From the NCBI RefSeq assembly GCF_018350175.1, contig NC_058368.1, positions 184,452,001-184,516,000 of the forward strand: DNA of 64,000 nucleotides, read 5' to 3'. Of this stretch, positions 52,116-64,000 are shown piece after piece. The notes beneath the pieces are model-generated. The model had not been told where the DNA came from, did no database searches, and saw only the letters and a list, made by a program, of their open reading frames with translations. The stretch is from Felis catus. Lineage: Eukaryota. The translations under genes and the position numbers were made by a program. The first letter of the stretch is position 1. Every line of letters starts with the position of its first letter.

Positions 52116-52741
52116 CAAAATCCATTTTTGCTTTCTCATTTTGATATAATGAGTATGCACTGATAATAAAAAAAAGTAAGTAAGACAGTATGTAATAATG
52201 TGCATTTTGAAATGCTGTCAAGTTATAACAGCCTCATTGCAAATTGTAGTAACTGAACATGATGATGAAATGGTCTTTCTTGCAAATACTCAACTCTGCT
52301 CTTGTAGCATAAAAGCAGCCAGTAACAATATGTAAACGAATAAGCATGGCTGTATCACACATTACAATTTAAATTTCATATAATTTTCACATCTGAAGTA
52401 TTAATCTTCTTTTGATGTTTTCAACCATTAATAAAATGTAAAAAACACTCCTATCAGGACATGCATAATTAAATGGGAGGCTGGATTTGGCCCTTAAGCA
52501 AAATTTGCTGACTCCTGGAATAAACCAGTGGATAACACAACAACCAGATAAAATCTACAGAAATACTTTGGATCAAATGGTTAAAAAAATAATAATAATC
52601 TTACATTCAAACTTCAAATTCACATAAAAACTTTATTTTCTCTCTCCTCTTATAAAATCTGAAGATCTGGCAACACCAGGCCCATACGACAAAATTCCCA
52701 CAATGAAATAATTTGCTACCTTAGATAGAATGTGGGCTCTC

Positions 52742-52939
52742 GGGGTGCCTGGGTGGTTCAGTCGGTTGAGCATCCGACTTTGGCTCAGGTCATGATCTCG
52801 CGGTTTGTGAGTTCGAGCCCTCTGTTGGGCTCTGTGCTGACAGCTCAGAGCCTGGAGTCTGCGTCTCCCTCTCTCTCTGCCCCTCCCCCGCTCATGCTCT
52901 GTCTCTGTCTCCGTCAAAAATAAATAAACATTAAAAAAA
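52742..52939 (+). mobile_element. CAN-SINE
   Basis: TSD aatgtgggctctc. Confidence 0.96.
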
Positions 52940-53207
52940 AATGTGGGCTCTCATTTGGTCTACTTCAATCTTACATTCCTTTAAGTATGAGACCTAGGTG
53001 TCTTATCCTCCTAAATTTCTTCTTAAATTCTTTTAACAATTCTTTCTGGGTTGTAATTTCTCAACCTTCTACCATCTCAACTCCTTTTACTTGTACTAGC
53101 TCCATTCTCTCCTAAAATATGGCATCCATTAGAAAATTTAATACTTAGCACAGACCCTAGTAGTAGGTGGTTCTTAATCCAGGCTATGCATTAAAATAAA
53201 CTGAGAA

Positions 53208-53322
53208 GGGCGCTTGGGTGGCTGATGGCCCAGAGCCTGCTTTGGATCCTCTGTCTCCCTCTCTCTCTGCCCCTCCCTCATTTACACTCTCTCTGTCTCT
53301 CAAAAATAAACATTAAAAAAAT
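53208..53322 (+). mobile_element. Internally deleted CAN-SINE within a MER5-like element (~53163-53675)
   Basis: gggcgcttgggtggctgatggcccagagcctg junction; TSD aaataaactg(a/g)gaa. Confidence 0.85.
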
Positions 53323-53442
53323 AAATAAACTGGGAATATTTTGGGAGACAATTCCAATGCTTGGGTCCTACCTAAAACCAATTAAATCAGAATTGCTGGG
53401 ACTAGGACCCAAGTGGAAGTATATAAAACACTCCAGATGATG

Positions 53443-53648
53443 TTTTTAAATGTTTACTTATTTATTTTTGAGAGACAGAGACTGAGTGCACAGGAGGTCC
53501 AGAGAGAGGGGGAGAGAGAGAATCCCAAGCAGGCTCCTCATTGTCAGTGCAGAGCCCAACTCGGGGTTCGAACTCACAACTGTGAGAACATGACCTAAGC
53601 CAAAATCAAGAGTTAGAAGCTTAAGTGACTGGGCCACCCAGGCACCCC
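53443..53648 (-). mobile_element. Older CAN-SINE
   Basis: TSD acactccag(a/g)tgat at 53428 and 53649. Confidence 0.92.
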
Positions 53649-55003
53649 ACACTCCAGGTGATTTTAATGTTAAAAGCAAAATCCATACGTACTGAATTAG
53701 AGCAAAAACACAATCATTTTATCTTAATATGGGGTTTACGCATTCAAACCACTGTTGAGATTGTAATCTTAAAAACAAAGCAAGTAAACTTCTATTTATC
53801 TAGAATAGTTAGAAAGTATGGGCCATTTCTGTTTAATTTTTTCCATTGCAATCATTCTTTCATTCAACAAGAATTTATTAAGCACCTACAACTTTCTGCA
53901 CAGTAGAAACTGTCTACCTTCATTAGACAGTTACAGTGAGTACAGGTTGGTAATTCTCATTTCAACTTGTTGACCTGAACTGAATTTAGACTACATTAAG
54001 AACTACCAACTTGCCCATGTGGCAGACTTGACACCAGGCACCTCTTGTGGATTTCTCAGTTTGCTCTCACAGCGACATACTGCTGTACACAGTATACTCT
54101 TACTATCTCCAAAAGACAAATATTGATTCTGAGACTTGATGGGATTAGAAACATTTCCATGGTTTCACAACTCATAATTTATGCACTCTGGAATCTGAAC
54201 CAAGACTCTAGAACCAAACTGTCTACTACTCCACTAAACTCCATTACACGATGTGATAAACTGTACCACACACTAAATATAATGTAATAGTTTTAAGAAT
54301 ATAAAGTACTTCAGGGTCACTGCACTGCTGCAGGCTCAACTCTAAAAACTAATCATTATTTGTAGGGAGACCATACATTTTAGTTTGCCTGTGATACACC
54401 TGGTTTAGACCTATTTTTGGGGGGGGAAGGGACAAATATATTAATAGACCTACCTTAACCCTAAAAGGTATCCTAGTTTAGACAATAAAGTATATAGTCA
54501 CCTAGTTTTATAAGACTATAGCCAAGTATAGTGCCAATAAACTCTAGGCACTCAAAATGTGTTGTTCAATATCTTAAAAATGATGGTGAAGCCAAGAACC
54601 CATGCCCTGCCTATAGCTTGACAAGTTTATGTTTAAGGAAAGTCACCCACAGCAATGTATATCATATGCTGCTCTGAAAAATTCAGTATAAGAACATTCT
54701 AAGTATTTGCACATTCAGAAAAATAAGGTTTTACAATTAAGAGTTACGTTAGTTACTATGATTGCTTCTGTCAATGAAATAAAAGTTATTGACTAGTACT
54801 ACATTTTAAATACTGCTAGTTTTAGAAGCTTTTTGAACTCTGAGTACACTTATGCTGTTTCTAGAATTTCCCCATGTGAGAAAAGGGACTTAAGTACATG
54901 TCTCCTTTCCATGTAGCAGTCAAAGAGACAACTTAGTAGGAATGGGAGTTCTTCCACTTACAAGAGGCCTTCTGTCCTGGGCCATATCTAACATCTCCAC
55001 TTT

Positions 55004-55072
55004 ATGTATGTATGTATGTATGTATGTATGTATGTATGTATGTTTATTTGGTTTTGTTTTCCCTTTTTATAT

Positions 55073-55115
<43 letters not shown>

Positions 55116-55549
55116 TTTTTTACTTAAATTCAAGTTAGTTAACACACAGAGTAGTAGTATCAGTTTTAGGACTAGTATTTAGTGGTTCATCACATCCATA
55201 TAACACCCAGTGCTCACCCCAAAAAGTGCCCTCCTTAATGTCCATCACCCATTTAGACCATCTCCCCACCCACCTCCCCTCCAGCAAACCTCACTTTGTT
55301 CCCTCTATTTAAGAGTCTCTTATGGTTTGCCTCCCTCTCTGTTTTTATCTTATTTTGTTTTTTCATCCCTTTCCCTATGTTCATCTGTTTTGTTTCTTAA
55401 ATTCCACACGAGTGAAATCATATGACACTTGTCTTTCTCTGATTGACTTATATCACTTAGTCTAGTACACTCTAGTTCCATCCACATTGTTGCAAATGGT
55501 AAGATTCCAATCTTTTTGATCACTGAGTAATATTCCATTAGTATGTTCC

Positions 55550-55603
<54 letters not shown>

Positions 55604-58295
55604 ACCTCTTCTTTATCCATTCATCAGGTGTTGGACATTTGGGTTCTTTCCATAATCTGGCTATTGTTGATAGCGTGGCTATAAACATTAGGGTGCATGT
55701 GCTCCTTCCAATCAGCATTTTTGTATCTTTTGGATAAAAGGTAGTGCAATTGCTGGGTTGTAAGGTAGTTCTATTTTTAAATTTTTGAAAAACCTCCATA
55801 CTGTTTTCCAGAGTGGCTGCACAAGTTTGCATTCCCACCAAGAGTGTAATAGGGTTCCCCTTTCTCCGCATCCTTGCCAACATCTGTTGTTTTGTGAGTT
55901 GTTAATTTTAGCCATTCTGACAGGTGTGAGGTGGTATCTTATTATGGTGTTGATTTGTATCTCTCTGATGATGAGTGATGTTGAGCATCTTTTCATGTGT
56001 CTGTCAGCCTTCTCAATGTCTTCTTTGGAAAAGTATCTATTCATGTCTTCTGCGCATTTCCTCACTGGATTATTTGTCTTTTGGGTATTGCATTTGATAA
56101 GTTCTTTATAGATTTTGGATATTAGCCTTTTATCTGATATGTCATTTGCAAGTATCTTCTCCCATTTCCTTGGATGCCTTTTAGTTTTGTTCACTGTTTC
56201 CTTCAGAAGTTTTTATCTTGAGGAGTTCCCAATAATACATTTTTGCTTTTGTTTCCCCTGCCTCCAGAGACATGTCTAATAAGAAGTTGCTGTGGCCAAG
56301 GTCAAAGAGGTTGATACCTGTGTTCTCCTCTAGGATTTTGACAGTTTTCTGTCCCACATTTAGGTCTTTCATCCATTTTGAATTTATTTTTGTGTATGGT
56401 TTAAGAAAGTGGTCCAGTTTCATTCTTCTGCATGTCACTGTCCAGTTTTCCCAGCACCATTTGCTAAAGACACTGTCTTACTTCCATTGGATATTATTTC
56501 CTGCTTTGTCAAAGATTATGTGGCCAAATGTTTGTAGGTCCATTTGTGGGTCCTCTACTCTGTTTCATTGATTTATGTGTCTGTTTTTGTGCCCATACCA
56601 TACTGTCTTAATGATTACAGCTTTGTAATACAGCTTGAAATCCAGAATTGAAATGCCTCCAGGTTTGGTTTTCTTTTTTCAGGATTGCTTTGGCTATTTG
56701 GGGTCTTTTCTGGTTCCATACAAATTTTAGAATTGTTTGTTCTAGCTCTATGAAGAATGCCAGTGTCATTTTTATTGGAATTGCACTGAATTTGTAGATT
56801 GCTTTGGGTAGTAACAACATTTTAACAATATTTGTTCTTCTAATCCATGAGTATGGAATGTTTTTCCACTTCTTTGTGTCTTCTTCAATTTCTTTCATAA
56901 GCATTCTATAGTCTTCAGCATACATATCTTTCACCTCTTTGGTTAGGTTTCTTCTTATGTATAGATCTTGGTGCAATTGTAAATGGAATCAGTTCCTTGA
57001 TTTCTATTTCTGCTGCTTCATTATGGATCTATAGAAAGGCAACAGATTTATGTACATTGATTTTATATCCTGTGGCTTTGCTGATTTCATGGATCAGTTC
57101 TAGCAGTGTTTTGGTGGAGTCTCAAGTTTTCCATGTAGAATGTAGAATGTCATCTGCAAAGAGTGAATGTTTGACTCAGTCCTTGACAACTTTGATGCCT
57201 TTTATTTATTTTTCTTGTAATTGCTGATTCTAGAACTTCCAGTAACATGTTGAACAACAGTGGTGAGAGTGGATCTGGCTGTCACGTTCCTGACCTTAGA
57301 GGGAAAGCTCTCTCTCGGTCTTTCCCCATTGAGGATGATATTAGCTGTGGTTCTTTCATAGATAGCCTTTATGATGCTGAGGTATGTTCCTCCTATCCCT
57401 ACTTTCTTAAGGGTTTTTTATCAAGAAAGGACACTGTATTCTATCAAATGCTTTTTCTGCATCTAGTGAGAGGATCATGTTGTTCTTATCCTTTCTTTTG
57501 TTAATGTGATGTATCACATTGACTGATTTGCAGATAGTGAACCACCTCTGCAGCCCACAAATAAATCCCACTTGATCATGGTGAATAATTCTTTTAATGT
57601 ATTGTTAAATTTGATTTGCTAGTATCTTGTTGAGAATTTTGCATCCATGTTCATAAGGGAGACTGATCTGTAATCCTCCTTTTTAGTGGGTTTTTTTGTT
57701 TTGGAATCAAGGCAATGCTGCCTCATAAAATAAATTTGGAAGTATTCCTGCCATTTCCATTTTTTGGAACAGTGTCAAAAGAAAAGGTATTAACTCTTAT
57801 TTAAATGTTTGTTAGAATTCCCCTTGGAAGCCATTTGGACGTGGACTCTTGTTTTTTGCCAGATTTTTTGGTTACCAATTCAGTTTCTTTACTGATTATG
57901 GGTCTATTCAATTTTTTTTTATTTCTTCCTGTTTCAGTTTTGGTAGTTTATATGTTTCTAGGAATTTGTCCATCTCTTCCAGATTGCCCAATTTGTTGGC
58001 ATATAATTGCTCATAATATTCTCTTATTATTGTTTGTATCACTGTGTGTTGGTTGTTAGTTCTCTCTCATTCATGGTTTTATTTATTTGTGTCTTTTCCT
58101 TTTTCTTTTTGATAAATCTGGCTAGGGATGTGTCAATTTTGTTAATTCTTTCAAAGAACCAGCTTCCAGTTTCATTGATCTGTTCTTTTTTTTTTTTTTT
58201 TTTTTTGATATCATTGATTTCTGCTCTAATCTATATTATTTCCTTCTTCTGCTGGTTTGGGGCTTTATTTGCTGCTCTTTTTCCAGCTCTTTACA
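55004..58295 (-). mobile_element. 5'-truncated (~3.3 kb) older carnivore L1 with (TATG)n/(TTTA)n tail and internal (AT)n at ~55552-55600
   Basis: ORF2 RT and C-domain fragments on minus strand; TSD taaca(t/c)ctcca(c/t)ttt at 54989-55003 and 58296-58310. Confidence 0.93.
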
Positions 58296-58729
58296 TAACA
58301 CCTCCATTTTAATGTGAGATGTGGTCCAGCCTAGGGGTGTAAGCTCACAACCGCAAGCTAAAGATATCTGCTATTGATTGCTTTAATTACTCCTAAATCA
58401 TCCTACATGCTACTGGACCATTTATGAAGGCTGACAAAAAATCACTATCAGGTGTTTTTAAATTCATAAGGAGGTGAGAGAGGAGATGAATCTACCTATC
58501 AGTCTCCATTACTCATGTTGTAGATGTTTGTTATGTAATGAGATGGTGCACTTTTGCAGAATTCTAAGAATGCAATTGATGCAAATTTTTTTCTCACATT
58601 ATATTTCTTTCCCCAAAACTGCCCATACTCTTATTTGACTTGTATTTTCTACTCTATGACTATAATTACATCATATATTAAAAAGTAATAAAAAAAATGT
58701 TCCCACTTGAAAAAAATACAGAAAGTTAC

Positions 58730-58834
58730 GTTTCTCTAGTCACTTCTGATTAGCTCTAATCTGGCTCTCCAGAGGGAAAGGACACGACATTGAACATTGA
58801 GTTTCTCTATTCAGAAAGCCGATCCTTAATAGCA
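58730..58834 (-). pseudogene. Fossil exon candidate (105 nt)
   Basis: Strong poly-T acceptor ...tttttctcag|, donor AAC|gtaact; best frame LLRIGFLNRETQCSMSCPFPLESQIRANQK*LEK. Confidence 0.4.
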
Positions 58835-58956
58835 CTGAGAAAAAAAAAAAGATTCTTTTGATCTTGTATTTTAATCTTAAATTTTAATTTGCACTATACA
58901 ATTTTAATAACTGTCCTCTAGGTTTCAAAGTGAATAGAATTAAGTATTTTGCGCAC

Positions 58957-59145
58957 GTTGCATATTACACATGTAACTTCAGATTCCTTTGTATCTGCAA
59001 GAGCTTTGAAGACTGCTTATTAAATTAGTAATGACCACCAGTCAAGGGCTGTCAACCTCTTTTGTACACTCATGAGCCTTGGCCACAAATCAAGAATAGA
59101 TGTTGAACTCCTTTTTTGTTCCCAAGCATAATGTAATGATATGGC
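58957..59145 (-). pseudogene. Fossil exon candidate (189 nt, phase 0-0)
   Basis: Acceptor ttattaatcatag|, donor AAC|gtgcgc; AISLHYAWEQKRSSTSILDLWPRLMSVQKRLTALDWWSLLI**AVFKALADTKESEVTCVICN. Confidence 0.45.
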
Positions 59146-59599
59146 CTATGATTAATAAACTCATGTTTCACACAGGATTGTAAATAACCCTATCTTTTGC
59201 TTTTTCCAAGCCATGTTTAATACATACAAATGAATAAAGATATCAATCGATGCTTATACCACCCAAGAGTCTGATCATCAAACTCTAACATTAACAAAAA
59301 TAGTACCACTTCTGAGCAGTATACTCCTATCCTTACCATCCTAAACTAAAGCAAAGTTAATGTTCTAACAATGCAAAGACAAAGTGGCTATTTCACTTTT
59401 CTGTTGTAGTTTCTTGTTTTGCTCTTGAAGATGAGACAGTGTTTAAAATTAAAGAATACATGTTTAAGAAATTACATCCTATACTCCTTGAATGCATGTG
59501 AGAGAATATGAGTCTAAGTTTATTTGGAAGCCAGCATTAAAAACACAAAGGTGTGCCATATGATTGACAAACATTTTATATTTTTCCAAGAAAGTATGT

Positions 59600-60015
59600 T
59601 TCCGTTCTTTAGTTCGCTAAAGGAAAATACACTGAAAACTCACTATATGTTATACACTGTACTAGGAGCTGAGGAGATACAACATTTTATAAAACAGTAA
59701 GTTTCGTGTAGTAATTCACTGTTCACTAGGAAGTGTCATAAGTGAAAGAAGAGCAGTAGACTAGAACAAAGGTGATTGGGCATTACCCTGAGGGGCAGAA
59801 AGCTTCAGTGAGGACAGAAAGCCTGACTTGGAGCTTAAAACATAAAGAGGAACTCACCAGACAGGTAAGTGGAGCAAGGGCATTCTAGGCTGCCCTCGAG
59901 TGAGGATAAGATACAGAGGCATGAAATTTAAGGCCTATTAAGGGCCTTTGAATTATTAGTATTACACGAGGACAAGAGAAGAAATAGGAGATGATGCTGG
60001 AGAGGAAATCAGGAT
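59600..60015 (-). mobile_element. L2 fragment
   Basis: ctcactatatgttatacactgtactagg; gggcattctaggc...acagaggcatgaa. Confidence 0.65.
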
Positions 60016-60337
60016 TCTATTGTGTGTGTGTGTATGCGTGTGGGTGTGTTCATGCACATGAGTGTGGACATAGGTTAGAATTAAAGTGGCTAACTAAACC
60101 ATGTGTATATCTAAAACATAATCCTGTATGAAAAGAGAATGATTGCCATTATGTTCCCCTCCAATAGTCAAGGCCTCAATGCACCCACTCCCAATATAAG
60201 GAAATGCAAAATGGTCCAGAATAAGGTATTCAATGAGTACAATCCATTTCTATTAATGATGGTAAAATACAAATTATAATAGGTTTATTATCATGATGAT
60301 TAACACTAATGTCAACTCAACAAATTGTTTGATACAC

Positions 60338-61622
60338 TTTGTTTATTGAGTTACAACTTACACATTGTAAAATCAGATCTTTTTAGTGTGAGGGTCTATG
60401 AGTTTGAAAAAAAGCTACAGTTGTATAACTATCCTGACAATCAAAATATGGTACAGCTCCACCACCCCTCCCAAAAAAAAATTTCCTTACAACCATTTTA
60501 ATCACTTTCTTCCCTACGCTTCCACAGCCCCTAAATCAGAGCAACAACTAATCTGTTTTTGTCTCTTTAGTTTTACCTTTTCCAGAATGTAGTATGAATA
60601 GAATCACACAGATCGCAGTATTTTGAGTCTGGCTTCTTTCATTTAGCCTAATGCATGTGAGATTTGTTCACTTATGATGCACATGGACACATGCATCAGA
60701 TCATTTGTTTTTGTTGCTGAGTAATTTTCCACTGTATGGATGCACCACACAGTTTGTTTATACACTCATCAGTTTAAAGATAGTGGTTTAGGTCCAGATT
60801 TTGTCAAATATTAATAAAGCCACTATAACCATTATATAAAGGTTTATGGGTGAACATAAGTTTTAATTCTTCTTAGGTAAATATTTTGGAGTAGGATTGC
60901 TGGGCCATATGTTTTTAACTATGTAAGTTACTGGCAGTTTTCCAAAGTGTTCCATTTTGCATTCCCACCAGTAATGTATCAGAAGTCCAATTGCTCTGAT
61001 CCCCACCAGCACTGGGTTTTGTCATATATGATTTTTTAAAGCCATTTTAATAGGTATATAGTGTCACAACATAGTTTTATCTGCACTTCCCTAATAACTA
61101 ATGATATTGAACATATTTTCATGTCCTTTTTCACATGCATTTATCTTCTTTGGTGAAGTGTCTGTGCAAAACCTCTGCCCATATTTTCAAATGGGCTGTT
61201 TTCTTACTATCATAATTTTAAAGTTCTTCATACATTCTGAATATATATCTTTTATCAGGTATGTGTTTTGCAAATATTCCTTTTAGCCCACAGATTTGCA
61301 TTCTTTTAATAATGTCTTTCAAAGAGCAGACATTTTTAATTTTGAGGAAGTCCAAATTATTTTTTCTTTTTTATGGTTGTCATTAATGTCATATCTAGGA
61401 AATATTTGCCTATTCCAAAACCACAAAGATTTTATTCTATATTTTCTTCTAAATATTTTATAATTTTAGGTTTTAGGTTTAGGAAAATTTTTAAGGTAAT
61501 TTGCATGAAAGATGCAATGTATAGGTCTAGATTCACTTTTTAGAAATGGATCTCCTATTTCCAACACAATATTTTTGAAAAAAACATTTCCTTCTCCACT
61601 GAATTTCCTTTGCACCTTTAAC
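60338..61622 (-). mobile_element. Old L1M (L1MB/MC-type) 3' portion
   Basis: tctggcttctttcatttagc; ccattttgcattcccaccagtaatg; continues briefly after 62276. Confidence 0.85.
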
Positions 61623-61638
61623 TAAAATTAATTGGCCA

Positions 61639-62260
61639 CTCTAGAGAAGAGTATGGAGGTTTCTCAAAAAAAACTAAAAACAGAACTACTCTGAAATCCA
61701 GCAACTGCACTATTAGGTATTTTCCCAAAAGATACAAAAATACAGATTCAAAAGGATACATACACTCCAATGGTTATAGCAGCATTATCAACAATAGCCA
61801 AACTATGGAGGGAGACCAAATGTCCATCGATTGATGAATGGATAAAGAAGATACGGTATACATATACAATGGAGTATTACTCAACCACTAATAAGAATGA
61901 AATCTTGCCATTTGCAACAATGTGGATGGAGCTAGACTGTGTTATGCTAAGCAAGATAAGTCAATCAGAGAAAGACAAATACCAAATGATTTCACTTATA
62001 TATGAAATTTAAGAAAAAAAAAACAGATGAACATACAAACCACAAAAGACTCTTAACAAATGAGAATAAATTGAGGGTTGATGGTGGCAGGTGGGTGGCA
62101 GATGGTCTAGATAATGATGGGGACTAAGTGGGGCACTCACTGTGTTTAGCATTGGGTATTGTATGTAAGTGATGAATCACTGAATTCTACTCCTGAAACC
62201 AATATTGCAGTGTATGTTGGGTAACTAAAATATAAATGAATGAATGAATAAATAAATAAA
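61639..62260 (+). mobile_element. 5'-truncated carnivore L1 inserted antisense into the old L1M
   Basis: ORF2 tail (ALSTIAKLW..KCPSIDEWIKK), 3'UTR, (AAAT)n; TSD taaa(a/t)ttaattg(g/t)cca at 61623 and 62261. Confidence 0.9.
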
Positions 62261-62753
62261 TAAATTTAATTGTCCATATAGAAAGAGCTGTTTTGGAATT
62301 CTTTAATAATACTTTTTTAAATAAAACTCATAAAATGATGGAATTTACTACAGTTCTACTAAGCAAGCTACCTAAAATACACATGAAAAATGAGAAGCCC
62401 AAACAAATACATGAGGAGACGGGGAGAGAGAGGCTTGACAGAACACTGATGGCTCTACAAACCTGAGATGCCCTATATAGTAACACAGAGCCACTCTTCT
62501 TTGTTAAATGACTATTTCCACTGGGCCATTTTTCTTTATTAGAAATATCAGGTTGGACTCTTTTCCCATGAATTCACACACTTAAATCAAAGCTGACATA
62601 TCACCCAGGAAAGCAGCAGAGACAACAATTTGACCCATGGTGGGTAAATTCATTAGGAACCAGCACATCTCAGTACCATAGGATGAGTAAAGAACAACTT
62701 TTCACAGCTGTGCACAGATCTTGCAAGATTTTTTTTTCTTTCTCCTGACTCAC

Positions 62754-62829
62754 TTTACATACACTTGTAGCACAGTCTCTCAGAGAACATTCCAATGAAA
62801 GGAGACTTCTCAGATGCAAAGCCTTTGTT
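62754..62829 (-). pseudogene. Fossil exon candidate (76 nt)
   Basis: Branch-like gactaac then ...gttacctaag| acceptor; donor AAA|gtgagt; open frame TKALHLRSLLSLECSLRDCATSVCK ending in phase 0. Confidence 0.35.
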
Positions 62830-62858
62830 CTTAGGTAACAGTTAGTCATGTCTTAAGT

Positions 62859-62886
62859 ATCCAAATCCAAATCCAAATCCAAATCC
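62859..62886. repeat. (ATCCAA)n hexanucleotide repeat
   Basis: Four full units plus a partial unit. Confidence 0.9.
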
Positions 62887-63108
62887 TCATCCAACATCTA
62901 CTTGTATGCCATGCTCCTTTGTGTGATTAAAGGACATAATTCATACAAAAGTTATCTCTGTTTTACAGGCTGTAATTCTCACTTAATTAGAATATAATTA
63001 AAACCAAATAAGGAAACATGCAGATGAATAACTTTATAAGTTATTTTTTCTTTGATAATCAGCCTAAACTTGGAAAATGGTTTTGAGAATTTTGATAGTA
63101 AGCCACTG

Positions 63109-63109
<1 letters not shown>

Positions 63110-63155
<46 letters not shown>
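63110..63155. repeat. (TG)n microsatellite
   Basis: Direct inspection. Confidence 0.97.
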
Positions 63156-63177
63156 TTCCCCTGAAAGGCACTCATAC

Positions 63178-63339
63178 AGAGAGCATTTTAATTTTCCATG
63201 GTATTGCTATTTTGACCTCTGAGACCTTGCAAAGTAAAGTATTTATGATCCTGGGCTTTTTTATGGTATTGTTTCAATATTTTTGTAACATTTGTATTTC
63301 TTGCTGATGTTTTTGGCATTAAAAATCACTCAAGCTGTG
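63178..63339 (-). pseudogene. Fossil exon candidate (162 nt, phase 0-0)
   Basis: Acceptor attatatttcag|, weak donor TCT|gtatga; HSLSDF*CQKHQQEIQMLQKY*NNTIKKPRIINTLLCKVSEVKIAIPWKIKMLS. Confidence 0.35.
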
Positions 63340-63842
63340 CTGAAATATAATGGTATTCACTGAACCCTACCATGGAAGGATAATTCAGTTCAGTGAGGTT
63401 ATTCTAGCTCATCATGTACACAAAGGATTGAAAGAAATTGTAGAAGATTCTCAGTTCTCTACATGGGCAGCATTGAGTGGTTTTTTTTTTCCCTCTAATA
63501 ACTTGACATAGAAAAACCTTCACTTGAATATAAAAATATCCAGCTTTAAGTCTTTAGAGCAAACCAAAGGAACAATACAATGGCATAAGTATAAGGAAGC
63601 AAAGTACTGGTGAACAGTTGCTCTGGATCACTAATTTCATCTTAGTCAGACAAAAATCAAACCTCAACAAATGGCCTTCATTCCCAGTTTCAACACATCC
63701 CTATCAAGTCCCCTAAATGACTAGTCTCAAACTCCATTAGAGTGGTGGAATGTGCCGTTATAAGTATAAACCAGGATGTATACTTAAGTTGTTCCTAACT
63801 ATAGATATTCATAATGCCTGAGTTTGACTGTTATGCTTATAC

Positions 63843-64000
63843 CATTTTGTATCTACTTTGCAATTTCTATCCCAAGAATAGAGCAATGCTTTCTGTCTTT
63901 TGCCACTCAGCTTCAGATATCAATTACATATCACCCAATATTATTTGACTTTTTATATATTTTTCTCTTTTGATTGGTTCATCATTCAAGTTTGGCATTG
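63843..64000 (-). pseudogene. Fossil exon candidate, 5' end outside window
   Basis: MPNLNDEPIKREKYIKSQIILGDM*LISEAEWQKTESIALFLG*KLQSRYKM, then donor ATG|gtataa (phase 0). Confidence 0.45.

Larger units (their letters stand above)
49287..52517 (-). mobile_element. Cheshire/MER58-family hAT transposon with decayed transposase, interrupted by two SINEs and an MLT1 LTR
   Basis: MER58-type ends (aaacattttctgtaaa...; ggatttggccc...tttgctgactcctg); minus-strand remnant EYHTFKAQWSMSYFIIE near 51390 resembles the N-terminus of SPIN/GTF2IRD2-like hAT transposases. Confidence 0.7.
152..64000 (-). pseudogene. Candidate fossil multi-exon gene (unprocessed/unitary pseudogene or lncRNA derived from one), probably extending beyond both window edges; product unidentified
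   Basis: Series of exon-like blocks listed below, all with minus-strand splice signals and all in non-repeat islands. Many junctions are phase-compatible, and frames read like protein but carry scattered stops. No alignment was possible. Confidence 0.55.

Overview
AT-rich, repeat-dense mammalian DNA. The repeats (CAN-SINE/SINEC_Fc-type SINEs and carnivore L1s) point to a feliform carnivore such as the cat. No intact protein-coding gene is recognisable, and the long ORFs in the track are L1 ORF1/ORF2, Tigger1 or SINE artefacts. The window holds about 20 CAN-SINEs, one full-length but dead L1 inserted in a Tigger1, several 5'-truncated L1s, a Cheshire/MER58-type hAT element with transposase remnants, and MLT LTRs, L2 and MIR fragments. 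Two results stand out. (1) The unique-sequence islands between repeats form a chain of about 18 minus-strand exon-like blocks running from one window edge to the other. Most have polypyrimidine-AG acceptors and GT donors, many have mutually compatible splice phases, and their frames read like protein broken by scattered stops. This suggests the fossil of a large multi-exon gene (unitary pseudogene or gene-derived lncRNA) that I cannot name. (2) Two L1 insertions have target-site duplications (TSDs) enclosing extra non-L1 DNA, which indicates 3' transductions, and a third L1 is twin-primed. All family names are by eye and all exon calls are unverified by alignment.
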